From the NCBI GenBank assembly GCA_965261595.1, contig CBDHDG010000007.1, positions 256,001 through 320,000 on the forward strand: DNA of 64,000 nucleotides. The letters run 5' to 3'. Positions 48,345 through 58,268 of the stretch are shown piece after piece. The DNA comes from a bacterium. GTDB taxonomy: Bacteria; UBA8248; JACPRG01; G963555815. The number at the start of each line of letters is the position of its first letter. Within the stretch, counting starts at the first letter, position 1. The notes beneath the pieces were generated by a model. It saw only the letters and a program-made list of their open reading frames with translations, was not told the DNA's origin and made no database searches. A program made the translations under genes and the position numbers.

Positions 48345-49328
48345 GTGGCGGAAGTCGGCCCTTTGCTCGAAAAGTTTCCGGAGTGCCGCGTCCTGGTCGT
48401 CGGCGACTTGATGGCAGACAAGTACGTCTGGACGAAAGCGCACTCCCCGCCGTCCCAGCGGACCCCCATCCTGAAATCCACCCGGGAAGATTACGCATTG
48501 GGCGGCGCCGCGAACGTGGCGCATAACCTGATCGCCTTCGGCGCCGAGGTCTACCTGTGCGGCCTGGTCGGCTACGACGACGCCGCTCACTGGTTCCGGC
48601 GGAGTTGCAACGAGGCCGGGATCAAGACGAGCGGCGTCTTTCCCGTGAGCGACCGGCCGACGACCCAGAAAGTCCGGGTGATGTCGGCCGACGGATCCTC
48701 GCCCCTCATCCGCCTCGATTACGAGGTCACGGACCCGCCCACCGACCTGGAAACCGCCTCGATGCGGACGTACATCGAGCACTACCTGCCCCTGGTGGAC
48801 GCTGTCGTCCTCTCCGATTACGACAAGGGCATTTTCGGACACGTGACCTTTGCCCGCGAGATTCTCGATAGAGCGCGGGAACTCGAGAAGTTCACGGTCG
48901 TCGAATCCAAGGCCCATCTGTTCAAAGAGATCCGAGGCGCCCGGCTTGTGATCCTGAGCGACGACCAAGCCGAGACCTATTTCCTGAAGGAGGCGGGGTC
49001 GGTGCCCATGGAGACCGAGACAATCGGTTTCCGGGTCCGGGGGATGCTCGGGTGCGAAGTCCTGGCCATCCTGCGGGCGGACCGGGAGCTCTGGGTCTTC
49101 TACGCCGAAGACGGCGAGGAGCGATACACGGTCGTCTCGATCGACGATGACAAGGTCTTGGACCCCACCGGCGTCAAAGACACGGTGACCGGGACCTTGG
49201 CGCTGGGATTCGTCGCCGGGGCGGACATCCGGCAGGCTGCGCATCTGGCCATCCGGGCCGCCGAGGCGGTCGTCCAGCGGGTGGGAACCGCAACCGTCAG
49301 GCTGGAGGAGCTCCTCCGCATCCTGTGA
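48345..49328 (+). CDS. HldE/RfaE-like PfkB sugar kinase (divergent)
   Basis: VVGDLMADKY, LGGAANVAHN, RPTTQKVR, SDYDKG, DPTGVKDTV. Confidence 0.85.
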   Translation: MAEVGPLLEKFPECRVLVVGDLMADKYVWTKAHSPPSQRTPILKSTREDYALGGAANVAHNLIAFGAEVYLCGLVGYDDAAHWFRRSCNEAGIKTSGVFPVSDRPTTQKVRVMSADGSSPLIRLDYEVTDPPTDLETASMRTYIEHYLPLVDAVVLSDYDKGIFGHVTFAREILDRARELEKFTVVESKAHLFKEIRGARLVILSDDQAETYFLKEAGSVPMETETIGFRVRGMLGCEVLAILRADRELWVFYAEDGEERYTVVSIDDDKVLDPTGVKDTVTGTLALGFVAGADIRQAAHLAIRAAEAVVQRVGTATVRLEELLRIL

Positions 49329-49398
49329 CGCCGGCCGGAGGAGAGAAGGCCCCGAGCCGCGTCGCCGACGGAGATCGACAGGGGAGAATCGCGAACCG

Positions 49399-50334
49399 AT
49401 GACCGCGCCCGAAGCCGAAGCCCTGAAGGAAATGGAAAGCAAGGTCAGCGAAATGGCCCGGAGGGCAGGCTTGATGTTGGCCGAGTATTTCGGCCGGGGC
49501 GTCCAGGTGGAATTCAAGGATAAGGGAAAGAATCGGGACCCCGTGACCGAAGCGGACCGTCGGAGCCAGGAGTTCCTCAGGAAAGAGATCGAGACCCACT
49601 TCCCGGGTCACGCCATCCTGGGCGAGGAAAAACTGAGCCAGGAAGGGGAGCGGCCCGAATGGGTCTGGGTGCTGGACCCGCTGGACGGAACAACCAACTT
49701 CATGCGGGGTTTCGACATTTACGGTGTCTCGATAGGGGTCCTGCACCACGGCCGGCCCGTCGTCGGGGCCATCTTTCTCGCCGGCGGCGCCGGAGGCGGG
49801 GGCCGCGTCTACCATGCGAGGGTCGGAGGCGGCGCACACCTGGAGGGGGACCGAATCTCCGTCGCCAAAGTGGACCGTCCGGCGCCGACGCTTCTCGTCT
49901 GCGTACCCGGAAACCATTGGAAAGTCTTCGAGATGCAGAGCCCGTTGAAGAAACAGCCGGGGGAGCTCCGGGGCTCGGGCAGCATTGCCAACGACATGGC
50001 CCGCACGGCGGAAGGGACCTTCCACTACGCCGTCTTCGCGGGGCCGAAGATTTGGGACGTGGCGGCCGGCGTCCTCCTGGTGAAGGAGGCCGGGGGCGAG
50101 GCCCTGGTCCGAAGGGGCAAAGGGATGAAGTGGCGGCCGCTGGAGCGCTTCGGCCGCGATTTCGTTTCTCCCCCGACCTCCCTGGAGGAGTTGAGAGAAT
50201 GGAAGGGCGCCCTCATCATCGGCAACAAGGCCATCACCCGGTTCGTGGGGGACAACCTTCGCCGGCCGGTCCGCGGACGTCTCAGCCCCAAACGCAATGC
50301 CGGCCGAATGAGTCCACGGAAGACCTCCCGTTGA
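49399..50334 (+). CDS. Inositol monophosphatase family protein
   Basis: VTEAD, GEE, WVLDPLDGTTNF, WDVAAG. Confidence 0.93.
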   Translation: MTAPEAEALKEMESKVSEMARRAGLMLAEYFGRGVQVEFKDKGKNRDPVTEADRRSQEFLRKEIETHFPGHAILGEEKLSQEGERPEWVWVLDPLDGTTNFMRGFDIYGVSIGVLHHGRPVVGAIFLAGGAGGGGRVYHARVGGGAHLEGDRISVAKVDRPAPTLLVCVPGNHWKVFEMQSPLKKQPGELRGSGSIANDMARTAEGTFHYAVFAGPKIWDVAAGVLLVKEAGGEALVRRGKGMKWRPLERFGRDFVSPPTSLEELREWKGALIIGNKAITRFVGDNLRRPVRGRLSPKRNAGRMSPRKTSR

Positions 50335-50508
50335 CCGGACAATCCACCGAACATCGCCGGTCCCGCACGCGAAACGTATGAGGCGAACAGACCTCCAGGG
50401 GCGGGATTGTTGCGCCCGCCGCACCCTCACGACCCATGGGTTGAAAAGCGGCGCTTCTCGACTTATCCCAAACGGGTGAATCCCTTCTTCTTGTGAGAAA
50501 TTCCGGCC

Positions 50509-51762
50509 ATGCCTCCTGAAAATCACCCCGCCCGGATCTTCTACGGATGGTGGGTCGTCCTGGCGGGGTTCGTCGTCCTGGCCTCCGGGGCGGGGATCTG
50601 GACAGGCTTCGGCGTGTTTTTCAAGCCGCTCCTCGAGGAGTTCGGGGGATCGAGACGGGGGATGGCGCTCGTCATCTCCTCCGGGATGGTGATCTGGGCC
50701 CTGGGCCAGTTCGCGGCCGGGGCCATACTGAACCGGTTCGGACCGAGGAAGGTCATCGCCATCGGCGTCTGCGTCATGGGACTCGGTGCCTTGCTCTCCT
50801 CCCGCGTCGACTCGGTGAACGGCCTCCTGGGGACTTACGGTCTCATCGTCGGCGCGGGAACGGGCTTCGCCACGATGAACAGCGTCACCGTCCTGGTCTC
50901 CCGCTGGTTCGTGAAAAAGCGGGGAACGGCCCTCGGCCTGACGATTGCGGGGTTCAACGCCGGGCAGTTCCTGCTGATCCCGCTGACCCAGGTCCTGGTC
51001 GTCGCGGTCGGGTGGCGGGGCGCGTTCCTCATCTGGGCGGGGGTGCTCTGGGTGGTCGTCTTCCCGCTGGTGGTGATGCTTGTGCGGGACGATCCGGAGC
51101 GGATGGGCCTCCATCCCGATAACACCGCCGAGGCCGAAACCGAGAGTGCGGAGCCCATCTCGACGCGGGTCGAGTGGATTCCCCGGGGCGTGGTCCGGGA
51201 GGCGCTCGGAGAACGGGCCTTCTGGCTCCTGTTCGTGAGCCATGTGGGTTGCGGGTTCACCGATTTCACTCTCTACGTCCACCTCCCCATCTTCGCGACG
51301 GGGCTCGGCTTGGGCGCGCAGACCGCCGCCAACGCGGTTGGCCTGATTGGAGGGCTGAGCATCATCGGCGTCGTCGGAATGGGCGCCCTGGCCGACCGGA
51401 TCGGATTCCGGGCGCCCCTGACCCTCTCATACGCAATCCGGTGCGTGGGGATGATCCTTCTGACGCTGACGGCCGGGAAGACGATGCTGTTTGTCGCCAT
51501 CACGATCTACGGTGTGTTTCACCTGGCCACAACACCCCTGACGCCCGGCATGGCCGCGGCGCTTTATGGCCGCCGGCCGCTCGGGAGTCTCTACGGTTAC
51601 CTCCTGCTGGGCCACTCCTTGGGGGCGCTTTTGGGACCCTATGTCGCCGGGGCGGTCTTCGACTGGACGGGACAGTACAAAATGGCCTTCATCCTCATGG
51701 CGGTGATCCTCGCCGGCGCGTCGGCATGCTGTGCGATGATCAAGGCGAGAGAGAGGTATTGA
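50509..51762 (+). CDS. MFS transporter (OFA/MCT-like)
   Basis: FYGWWVV, WFVKKRGTALG, about 12 TM. Confidence 0.9.
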   Translation: MPPENHPARIFYGWWVVLAGFVVLASGAGIWTGFGVFFKPLLEEFGGSRRGMALVISSGMVIWALGQFAAGAILNRFGPRKVIAIGVCVMGLGALLSSRVDSVNGLLGTYGLIVGAGTGFATMNSVTVLVSRWFVKKRGTALGLTIAGFNAGQFLLIPLTQVLVVAVGWRGAFLIWAGVLWVVVFPLVVMLVRDDPERMGLHPDNTAEAETESAEPISTRVEWIPRGVVREALGERAFWLLFVSHVGCGFTDFTLYVHLPIFATGLGLGAQTAANAVGLIGGLSIIGVVGMGALADRIGFRAPLTLSYAIRCVGMILLTLTAGKTMLFVAITIYGVFHLATTPLTPGMAAALYGRRPLGSLYGYLLLGHSLGALLGPYVAGAVFDWTGQYKMAFILMAVILAGASACCAMIKARERY

Positions 51763-51960
51763 CGCGGGGGGTGTCGAGGACCGCGTTCCGGTGAATCCGC
51801 GCCGGTGGATGATTCTTCGGGAAACGTGCGCGTGGAACAAACCAGTCTGAATCTTTGAAGCATTGAGGCCGGCGCATCCTGCCAGGGGTTCGGCTTTGAA
51901 TGAATCCGGCCTGATGCCTTACGGATTCAACGCCCCATGCTCACCCGGGAGGAGAGGAAA

Positions 51961-52869
51961 ATGAACGACCGAAAAGAGACCATCGGATTCATCGGCGCCG
52001 GGATCATGGGACGGCCCATGGCCCTCAACCTTCTGAAGGGCGGTTACGCCCTGAACGTCTACAACCGGACGCCGGAGAAGGCGCGGGAGGTGATCGACGC
52101 CGGGGGCGCGCCCAAGGCGTCCCCCCGGGAGGTCGCCGAGACCTCGGACGTCATCATCACCATCGTGACGGACACGCCCGACGTGGAGGATGTCCTGTTC
52201 GGCGAGGACGGGGTGGCGCAAGGCGCCCGCGAGGGGGGAAACCGGACGGTCATCGACATGAGCACCATCTCTCCGGACGCCACGCGCGAGTTCTCCGCGC
52301 GCCTGTCCGGGATCGGCGTCGAGATGCTGGACGCCCCCGTCTCGGGCGGAGAAATCGGCGCCGTCAACGCGGCCCTGACCATCATGGTCGGCGGCAAAGC
52401 GGAGGTCTTCGATCGCTGCCGGCCCGTCCTGGAGACCATGGGGAAGAGGATCACCCACGTGGGACCGGCGGGCTCGGGACAAACCGTCAAGGCGTGCAAC
52501 CAGATTATGTGCGCGGTCAACCAGGTCGCCGTCAGCGAAGCCCTGTCCCTGTGCCACCGGGCGGGGATCGACCTGGACGTGATGCACCAAGTGGTTACGG
52601 GCGGGGCGGGCAATTCCTGGGCGCTCGAAACCCTGGGCCGGAAGGTGATCGATGGAGACCTGAACCCCGCCTTCATGATCCGCCTCATCCAGAAGGACCT
52701 CAACATCGTCGCGGATATGGCGAAGCGGATGAACCTTCCCCTTCCCGGAACCTCCCTGGCCGTTCAGCTCTTCCGCTCGATCGAATCGGAAGAGGGCGGC
52801 GGGGACCTGGGCACGCAGGGGATGATCAAGGCGTATGAGCGCCTGGGGAACTTTCAATTGCCGCGATGA
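51961..52869 (+). CDS. 3-hydroxyisobutyrate dehydrogenase/tartronate semialdehyde reductase family
   Basis: GFIGAGIMG, DAPVSGG, GSGQTVKACNQ, KDL. Confidence 0.92.
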   Translation: MNDRKETIGFIGAGIMGRPMALNLLKGGYALNVYNRTPEKAREVIDAGGAPKASPREVAETSDVIITIVTDTPDVEDVLFGEDGVAQGAREGGNRTVIDMSTISPDATREFSARLSGIGVEMLDAPVSGGEIGAVNAALTIMVGGKAEVFDRCRPVLETMGKRITHVGPAGSGQTVKACNQIMCAVNQVAVSEALSLCHRAGIDLDVMHQVVTGGAGNSWALETLGRKVIDGDLNPAFMIRLIQKDLNIVADMAKRMNLPLPGTSLAVQLFRSIESEEGGGDLGTQGMIKAYERLGNFQLPR

Positions 52870-53167
52870 GTTGAAATGAGTCAAAAGATGGGCGAATTGG
52901 TAAAGGGGGGGGCTTTTTGTAAGACGCTGACACCCCCCGGGCAGAGCAGGCTTCCCGCCTGCCATCCTTGGGATGGCCGCGCCGCATGTCCGAGCCGCCG
53001 GCTCAGCCCGCTCGCGGAAATCGGGGAGCGCTTATCGATTATCCGCGCCGCATGGATTTGCCTTCTAACCGCGAGAGAGGGCGGCCTCTCCTTCCCACTG
53101 AAAGCGGTCCGGGGGACGCCCCGCTCCGGGAGGGGGGGGCATCGAAATCCATCCCCGGGCATTTCGG

Positions 53168-53644
53168 TCAACCGTAAGGGAAGATAAAAGGATACTCCGG
53201 GATGATGAGCTCCCGGGTTTTCTGGTCTTCATCGGCGGTCGGCGCCACCAGCAGCACCCGGCACGGGGCGCTCGCGATGACCGCCTTGGCGGTCCCGCCC
53301 ACCACCGTATCCAGGATTCCCCGTTTGCTGTGGGTGCCCATGACGATGAGACGGGCGTCAAGCTCTTTCGCCACCTCGGGGATGATCTCGCGCGGCGAGC
53401 CTTGCCGGACGATGGACTCCACGCGCAGACCCCGATCGATCAGCGGCGCCAGGAACCGTTCCATCTTCTGTCCGGTGTCCTCCTCCTCGGGCATCAAGGC
53501 AAGCTGAACGTGCACCGTGAGGACGGCCAGGGGCGCGTTGTAAAATTCCGCCATGTCGGAAGCCACGTCGCGGACCGCAATCGCCCGGGGGGTGATGTCC
53601 CCGTACCGCTGAAGCGCAACAGCCAGAAGGATGGTATCGCCCAT
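53168..53644 (-). CDS. Universal stress protein
   Basis: ILLAV, GSPREII, LIVMGTH, GGTAKAVI...CRVLLV. Confidence 0.88.
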   Translation of the reverse strand: MGDTILLAVALQRYGDITPRAIAVRDVASDMAEFYNAPLAVLTVHVQLALMPEEEDTGQKMERFLAPLIDRGLRVESIVRQGSPREIIPEVAKELDARLIVMGTHSKRGILDTVVGGTAKAVIASAPCRVLLVAPTADEDQKTRELIIPEYPFIFPYG

Positions 53645-53951
53645 GACCTTTCTCCTCGATCCGGCGAGCCCATGAAAGAGGGCCGGTCTTTCACCGCCGA
53701 GAGGATCCCTCCTCCCGGAATCGAATCTTCCCTCACCATTTAAATTACAACGCTAAACCCCATTTGTATAGACCGGAAATACGAATTCTTTCGGTCCCGG
53801 CCCAAGGCAACATTTGAAGCCGGCGGCGAAGTCGAGTCGGGGGTCGCGCCCGCGGAACGCCATCCGGCCTTCCGCGCAGCAAATGGGGCGTCCCCGGTCA
53901 GGGCCGGCGGCTCCCCGAGCCGGTGGCTCCTCGGATCGGAATGCGCGCCGG

Positions 53952-54908
53952 TCAGGAAAGGTTCAGCTCTTTGAGGAGGCTCTTCCAAGCCGCGGTTTCG
54001 CGTTTCGGCTCGAAGAGGGGGGCAAGCTTGCCGCACGCCGCCGCGAGGCGACGGCCGAAAGCGGGTTCGGACTCCAGCCGGTTCAAAAGACGGGCCAGCG
54101 CGCGCGTGTCCCCGTAAGGAAAGTATCCCGGATAGTTTTTGCCCAGAAGACCGACCGATCCGGGGATGTCCGAAGCCAGGACCGGAACGGACGCCGTCAG
54201 GGCCTCGGAGATGACATTCGCGCCGCCTTCCAGCTTCGAGCTCAGGATGAGCGCCCGGCTGCTGGTCAGGATGCGGTCCTTCCGCGCCGGGGATTTCTCG
54301 CCCAGCCACCGGTAGCGCGGGTTGCGCACCGTCTCCGCCCGGGCCCGCCGCGCCATGCTTTCGCTGAGGGCCTTGCCCAGGTGAAGCACGCGGAGCCGTG
54401 AGGACGCGGGGACCAGCCGGGACGCCATCGCCGCCCGAAGCGGGTCCTTGACGGGACGCAGGTTGCCGATGACGCAGACGTCGAAGGTGTCTGACCCGGA
54501 CCGGGGAGCGGCCTCTCGCCGCTTGACGGATTGGAGGATGACCCGGGTTTTGTCCCGCAGGTGGCCGGGAAGCGCCTCAATCCCTAGGGGTTGAAGAACG
54601 ACGAGTCGCGTCGCCAGCTCCAGGACGCGCCGGGCGGAACGGCTCGTTCGGATATCCCGGTAGAGGTCCGTGCCCGTCAGGCAGACCACGACGGGGACTT
54701 GGGGATGGTCTTTGCGGAAGCCCAGGACCGGCTTCGAGCTCCGGCGGGCGTGCAACGCGACAAGGAGGTCGCACGATCGCCCGTTGCAAACCCCTTTCAC
54801 CCCTATCCGGTGACCGAGATCCTTAAGCACCCGCACCCACCGCGCGGCGGTCACCCGATTTCCCGACCATTGAGCCGGATTGGAAGGTGTAATAAATTCG
54901 ATGAACAT
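53952..54908 (-). CDS. senB: TIGR04348-type glycosyltransferase (selenosugar synthase SenB-like)
   Basis: GNRVTAARW, ALHARRS, LTGTDLY, LRPVKDP, EGGANVISEA. Confidence 0.88.
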   Translation of the reverse strand: MFIEFITPSNPAQWSGNRVTAARWVRVLKDLGHRIGVKGVCNGRSCDLLVALHARRSSKPVLGFRKDHPQVPVVVCLTGTDLYRDIRTSRSARRVLELATRLVVLQPLGIEALPGHLRDKTRVILQSVKRREAAPRSGSDTFDVCVIGNLRPVKDPLRAAMASRLVPASSRLRVLHLGKALSESMARRARAETVRNPRYRWLGEKSPARKDRILTSSRALILSSKLEGGANVISEALTASVPVLASDIPGSVGLLGKNYPGYFPYGDTRALARLLNRLESEPAFGRRLAAACGKLAPLFEPKRETAAWKSLLKELNLS

Positions 54909-55298
54909 AAACACAGTTTTAAGTGGAATTTCTGGTTATCGGGGTCAATCACTCAGCGGATGCGCCGCCTGTCCCTGTTGCCCCCCCCGACCCGAATCGA
55001 ACGACTTATTCAATATAGGTTATCATATCGGACAAGGGTCCACCGACCCGGGGGTCCACCGACCCGATCCTCAGCGGCGCGAACGTTCAACAGACCGGCC
55101 GCCCCTTGCGGCCGTCCGGATGCCCGGGATGGAAATTTCAAAATCAATCGTCCAGGTTGTCGATGGCCGCGTGGAAGGAGCCCGATGTTCATCAGGGGCC
55201 TTCCGCATGCCGTTCGTCTTCGATCATGAAAAGCGGGCGCATTGCGTGGAAGCCTCCTCATTCCGCCTTGGCTCCCATGGCGGACGCTCCACGGACCG

Positions 55299-56114
55299 AT
55301 GAATCCCCCCCCCCCCCTCCCTCCCGGCGTCCTTCAGGCGCAAGACGTCCACGTCGTCTATCCGGGCCGTCCAGGGAAAAACCGCCCCGGTGAGGTGCGG
55401 GCACTCCGCGGCGTAAACCTCTCGGTCGCGGCGGGGGAAACCGTTGCGCTCGTCGGCGAGAGCGGCTCGGGCAAAACCACGCTGCTGAAGCTCTTCAACC
55501 ACCTGGTCGAGCCTTCCCAAGGGGTCGTTCTCGTGCGGGGAGAGGATGTTGCGTCCCAGGACCCCATCCGGCTTCGCAGACACATCGGTTACGTCCAGCA
55601 AGAGGGCGGGCTTCTGCCCCACTGGACCATCGCCCGCAACGTCGAGCTGGTGCCCCGGCTTCTGGGATGGGACCCCGAGAAGCGGCGCGTGCGAATACGG
55701 GAGGTGCTGGAGCTGGTCGGCCTGCCCGACACGGACCTGGCCGAAAGACACCCCCGGGAGCTGTCGGGCGGACAGCGCCAGCGCGTGGCTATCGCCCGCG
55801 CCCTGGCGGCCGGTCCGGACGTGGTCCTTCTGGACGAGCCTTTCGGCGCGCTCGACCCCATCACCCGGGCGGACCTCCAGCGCGAGTTCCTCCATCTCAG
55901 CGCCCGCATGGAGAAAACCATCCTCCTGGTGACCCATGACGTCGGGGAGGCCTTCCTGCTGGCCGACCGGGTGGCCGTCATGCGGGAGGGAACGATCCAC
56001 CAGGTCGACGCGCCCCGGCGCCTGCGCGACGCCCCCGCCACGGAATACGTCCGGGCGCTGCTTGAGCGGACGCAAAAAGGCAAGACATTAAGTGACCGGG
56101 GAACGGGAACATGA
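55299..56114 (+). CDS. Osmoprotectant/betaine-type ABC transporter ATPase
   Basis: GESGSGKTT, LRRHIGYVQQEGGLLPHWT, LSGGQRQR, DEPFGALDPITR; start uncertain because of a poly-C run. Confidence 0.92.
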   Translation: MNPPPPLPPGVLQAQDVHVVYPGRPGKNRPGEVRALRGVNLSVAAGETVALVGESGSGKTTLLKLFNHLVEPSQGVVLVRGEDVASQDPIRLRRHIGYVQQEGGLLPHWTIARNVELVPRLLGWDPEKRRVRIREVLELVGLPDTDLAERHPRELSGGQRQRVAIARALAAGPDVVLLDEPFGALDPITRADLQREFLHLSARMEKTILLVTHDVGEAFLLADRVAVMREGTIHQVDAPRRLRDAPATEYVRALLERTQKGKTLSDRGTGT

Positions 56115-56482
56115 AAAGAGTATCGCTTGAATGGAAAAGGTTTGAGACTTTCAGAGAGGCTAGGAAAATTTTCCGTGGGATTCCCTGCATCTACACCATA
56201 ACTGACGGAGATGAGGCGCATGTTCTCAAAATTGGTCAGAGCCAGGACCTGTGGAAAAGGTATTTGGGGGGAACCGGGTATACGGTCGATGCAGCCATGC
56301 ACGGAACTGGCAATCGGGTCTTTGTCGCGGCAGGACCAGCAGATAAGTGGGAAAGAGAAACTATCGAAGCGATTCTGATTTTCAAATCCCAACCACCTTA
56401 TTGCGTCCAAAAGAAAAAATTTCTCCCGCCTGACGAATTAGAAATTCAGCACCACGGAGACGCGCCAAAGACAATGCCATGA
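56111..56482 (+). CDS. GIY-YIG-like small protein
   Basis: CIY...KIGQS...LWKRY...IEAILI...QPPY; lower GC than flanks. Confidence 0.6.
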   Translation: MKRVSLEWKRFETFREARKIFRGIPCIYTITDGDEAHVLKIGQSQDLWKRYLGGTGYTVDAAMHGTGNRVFVAAGPADKWERETIEAILIFKSQPPYCVQKKKFLPPDELEIQHHGDAPKTMP

Positions 56483-56504
56483 CGATTCATGTCGACGGAA
56501 GGGC

Positions 56505-56588
56505 TGTAGCGCGGAGGCTTTAGCCTCCGCTTTGTAAGAGACGTTTGTGAATTTACTGACGAGCGGGGGCTAAAGCCCCCGCGCTACA
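56505..56588. repeat. Inverted REP doublet (REPIN-like)
   Basis: GTAG-CGCGGAGGCTTTAGCCTCCGC and inverse copy GCGGGGGCTAAAGCCCCCGCG-CTAC. Confidence 0.85.
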
Positions 56589-56597
56589 ACCGTTGTT

Positions 56598-58229
56598 TTG
56601 GAAAACGAGCCTTGGAGGAACGAGACAGCACATATGAACAGGCGCGGCGAAACCAGTAAGAAGTTCCTCCTTGCAATTCTCTACCTTGTCGTGGCTTCGA
56701 TCTCTGCGTTTTCCGGAAAGCGCCAGGAGGTGTGGGCCGCCGGTCCCGTGGTCGTCGGCTCGAAGAACTTCGCCGAGAACCGCTTGCTGGCGGAAATGTT
56801 CGCCCAGCTCATCGAACAACGCGCGGGGCTCGCCGTCACGCGGCGGTTCAACATGGCGGGGACGCAGGTCCTGTTCGAAGGACTCCGAACGGGCGCCATC
56901 GACGTCTATCCCGAGTATACGGGCACGGGATGGGTCTCCATCTTGAAGCGGCCCGCCCGGGGGACTCCGCCGGAAGTCCTGGCGCGGGTCCGGCGGGAAT
57001 TCCTGCGGCGGTGGAAGCTGGTCTGGCTTGCGCCCCTGGGCTTTGAGAACGCCTACGAGCTCGCCATCCGGAAACAGACGGCCGAGCGCCACAGGCTCCG
57101 GACGATTTCCGATCTGGCGGGTGTCGCCGGAGCCTTGCGCGGGGGGTTCGGGTACGAATTCGTCGGGCGGCCCGACGGCCTGCCCGGACTTTTAAAGACT
57201 TACGGTCTCCGGTTCTTCGAGGTCCGGAGACTTCAGCAGACCCTCAAATATCAGGCCGCGGCGGCGGGCCGGGTGGACGTCATCGACGTATACACAACGG
57301 ACGGCCGAATATCCCTGAGCGGCCTGGTCATCCTGGAGGACGACCGCGGTTTCTTTCCCCCCTACCAGGCGGCGCCGCTTGTGCGGGCCGACGCGCTGGA
57401 TCGGTTCCCGAAGGTGGGAGAGGCGCTGTCGCTCCTGTCGGGCCTCCTGGACGAGAACCGGATGAGAGGCCTCAACCGCCGGCTTCAGGAGGACAAAGAG
57501 CCGGTTTCGCGCGTGGCGCGGGACGCCCTGGCGGCCCTCGGCCTGCTCAGGAAATCGAGTTCGGACGAGCCGCCGGCGATCCGGTCGCCCGGGTTGGGGG
57601 CGCATCTCTGGACGGAGCGGGGCGCGTTGGGCGCCAGGGCGCTGGAGCATTTGGGGATGGTGAGCGCTTCCCTCCTCCTGGCGGCGATGTTCGCGATTCC
57701 CCTCGGGCTGGCCCTGGAGCGGCGGCGCAAGGCGGCCGAGGCAATCATCCGGGGGATCGGCGTTACACAGGCGATCCCCTCCATCGCGCTCCTGGCCTTC
57801 ATGATCCCCCTGCTGGGCGTGGGCGTGAAACCGGCCATCGTGGCGCTCTGGGTCTACGCCCTGTTTCCCATCATCCGGAACACGTACACCGGCGTCCTGT
57901 CGGCGGACCCCGCCGCGGCCGAGTCCGCCCTGGCGTTGGGGATGACGCCCGTCCAGGTCCTGCTGCGGGTGAGGCTTCCCCTCGCCGCCCCGGTGATCCT
58001 GGCGGGGGTCCGGACCGCCGCCGTCATTAACGTCGGGACGGCGACCCTCGCGGCGTTCATCGGCGCCGGCGGGTTGGGGGAGCCCATCGTCACCGGCCTG
58101 CAACTGACCGATACAACGCTGATCCTCTCCGGCGCGCTGCCCGCGGCCGCCTTGGCCCTCGGGGTGGACGGACTTCTCGCCCTGGTGGAGCGCGGCTTCC
58201 GGCCGCGGGGCGTCCAGGAACCCCGGTAG
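56598..58229 (+). CDS. Fused betaine-type substrate-binding protein plus permease (OpuC/EgtU-like)
   Basis: VGSKNFAE, YPEYTGT, EF..RPDG, DVYTTDG, FFPPY, then permease IPSIALL, AAFIGAGGLG; start may be 56634. Confidence 0.9.
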   Translation: MENEPWRNETAHMNRRGETSKKFLLAILYLVVASISAFSGKRQEVWAAGPVVVGSKNFAENRLLAEMFAQLIEQRAGLAVTRRFNMAGTQVLFEGLRTGAIDVYPEYTGTGWVSILKRPARGTPPEVLARVRREFLRRWKLVWLAPLGFENAYELAIRKQTAERHRLRTISDLAGVAGALRGGFGYEFVGRPDGLPGLLKTYGLRFFEVRRLQQTLKYQAAAAGRVDVIDVYTTDGRISLSGLVILEDDRGFFPPYQAAPLVRADALDRFPKVGEALSLLSGLLDENRMRGLNRRLQEDKEPVSRVARDALAALGLLRKSSSDEPPAIRSPGLGAHLWTERGALGARALEHLGMVSASLLLAAMFAIPLGLALERRRKAAEAIIRGIGVTQAIPSIALLAFMIPLLGVGVKPAIVALWVYALFPIIRNTYTGVLSADPAAAESALALGMTPVQVLLRVRLPLAAPVILAGVRTAAVINVGTATLAAFIGAGGLGEPIVTGLQLTDTTLILSGALPAAALALGVDGLLALVERGFRPRGVQEPR

Positions 58230-58268
58230 GCTGCCCGTCCGGGAAGCCATCCAAGGAGGTGGCCGAAT

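Noticed and set aside
49297..51282. 661-aa minus-strand ORF
   Set aside because: Antisense to the IMPase and MFS genes; no recognisable motifs
55036..55066. Short direct repeat GGGTCCACCGACCCG x2 between senB and the ABC ATPase
   Set aside because: Only two copies; cannot be told apart from a local duplication
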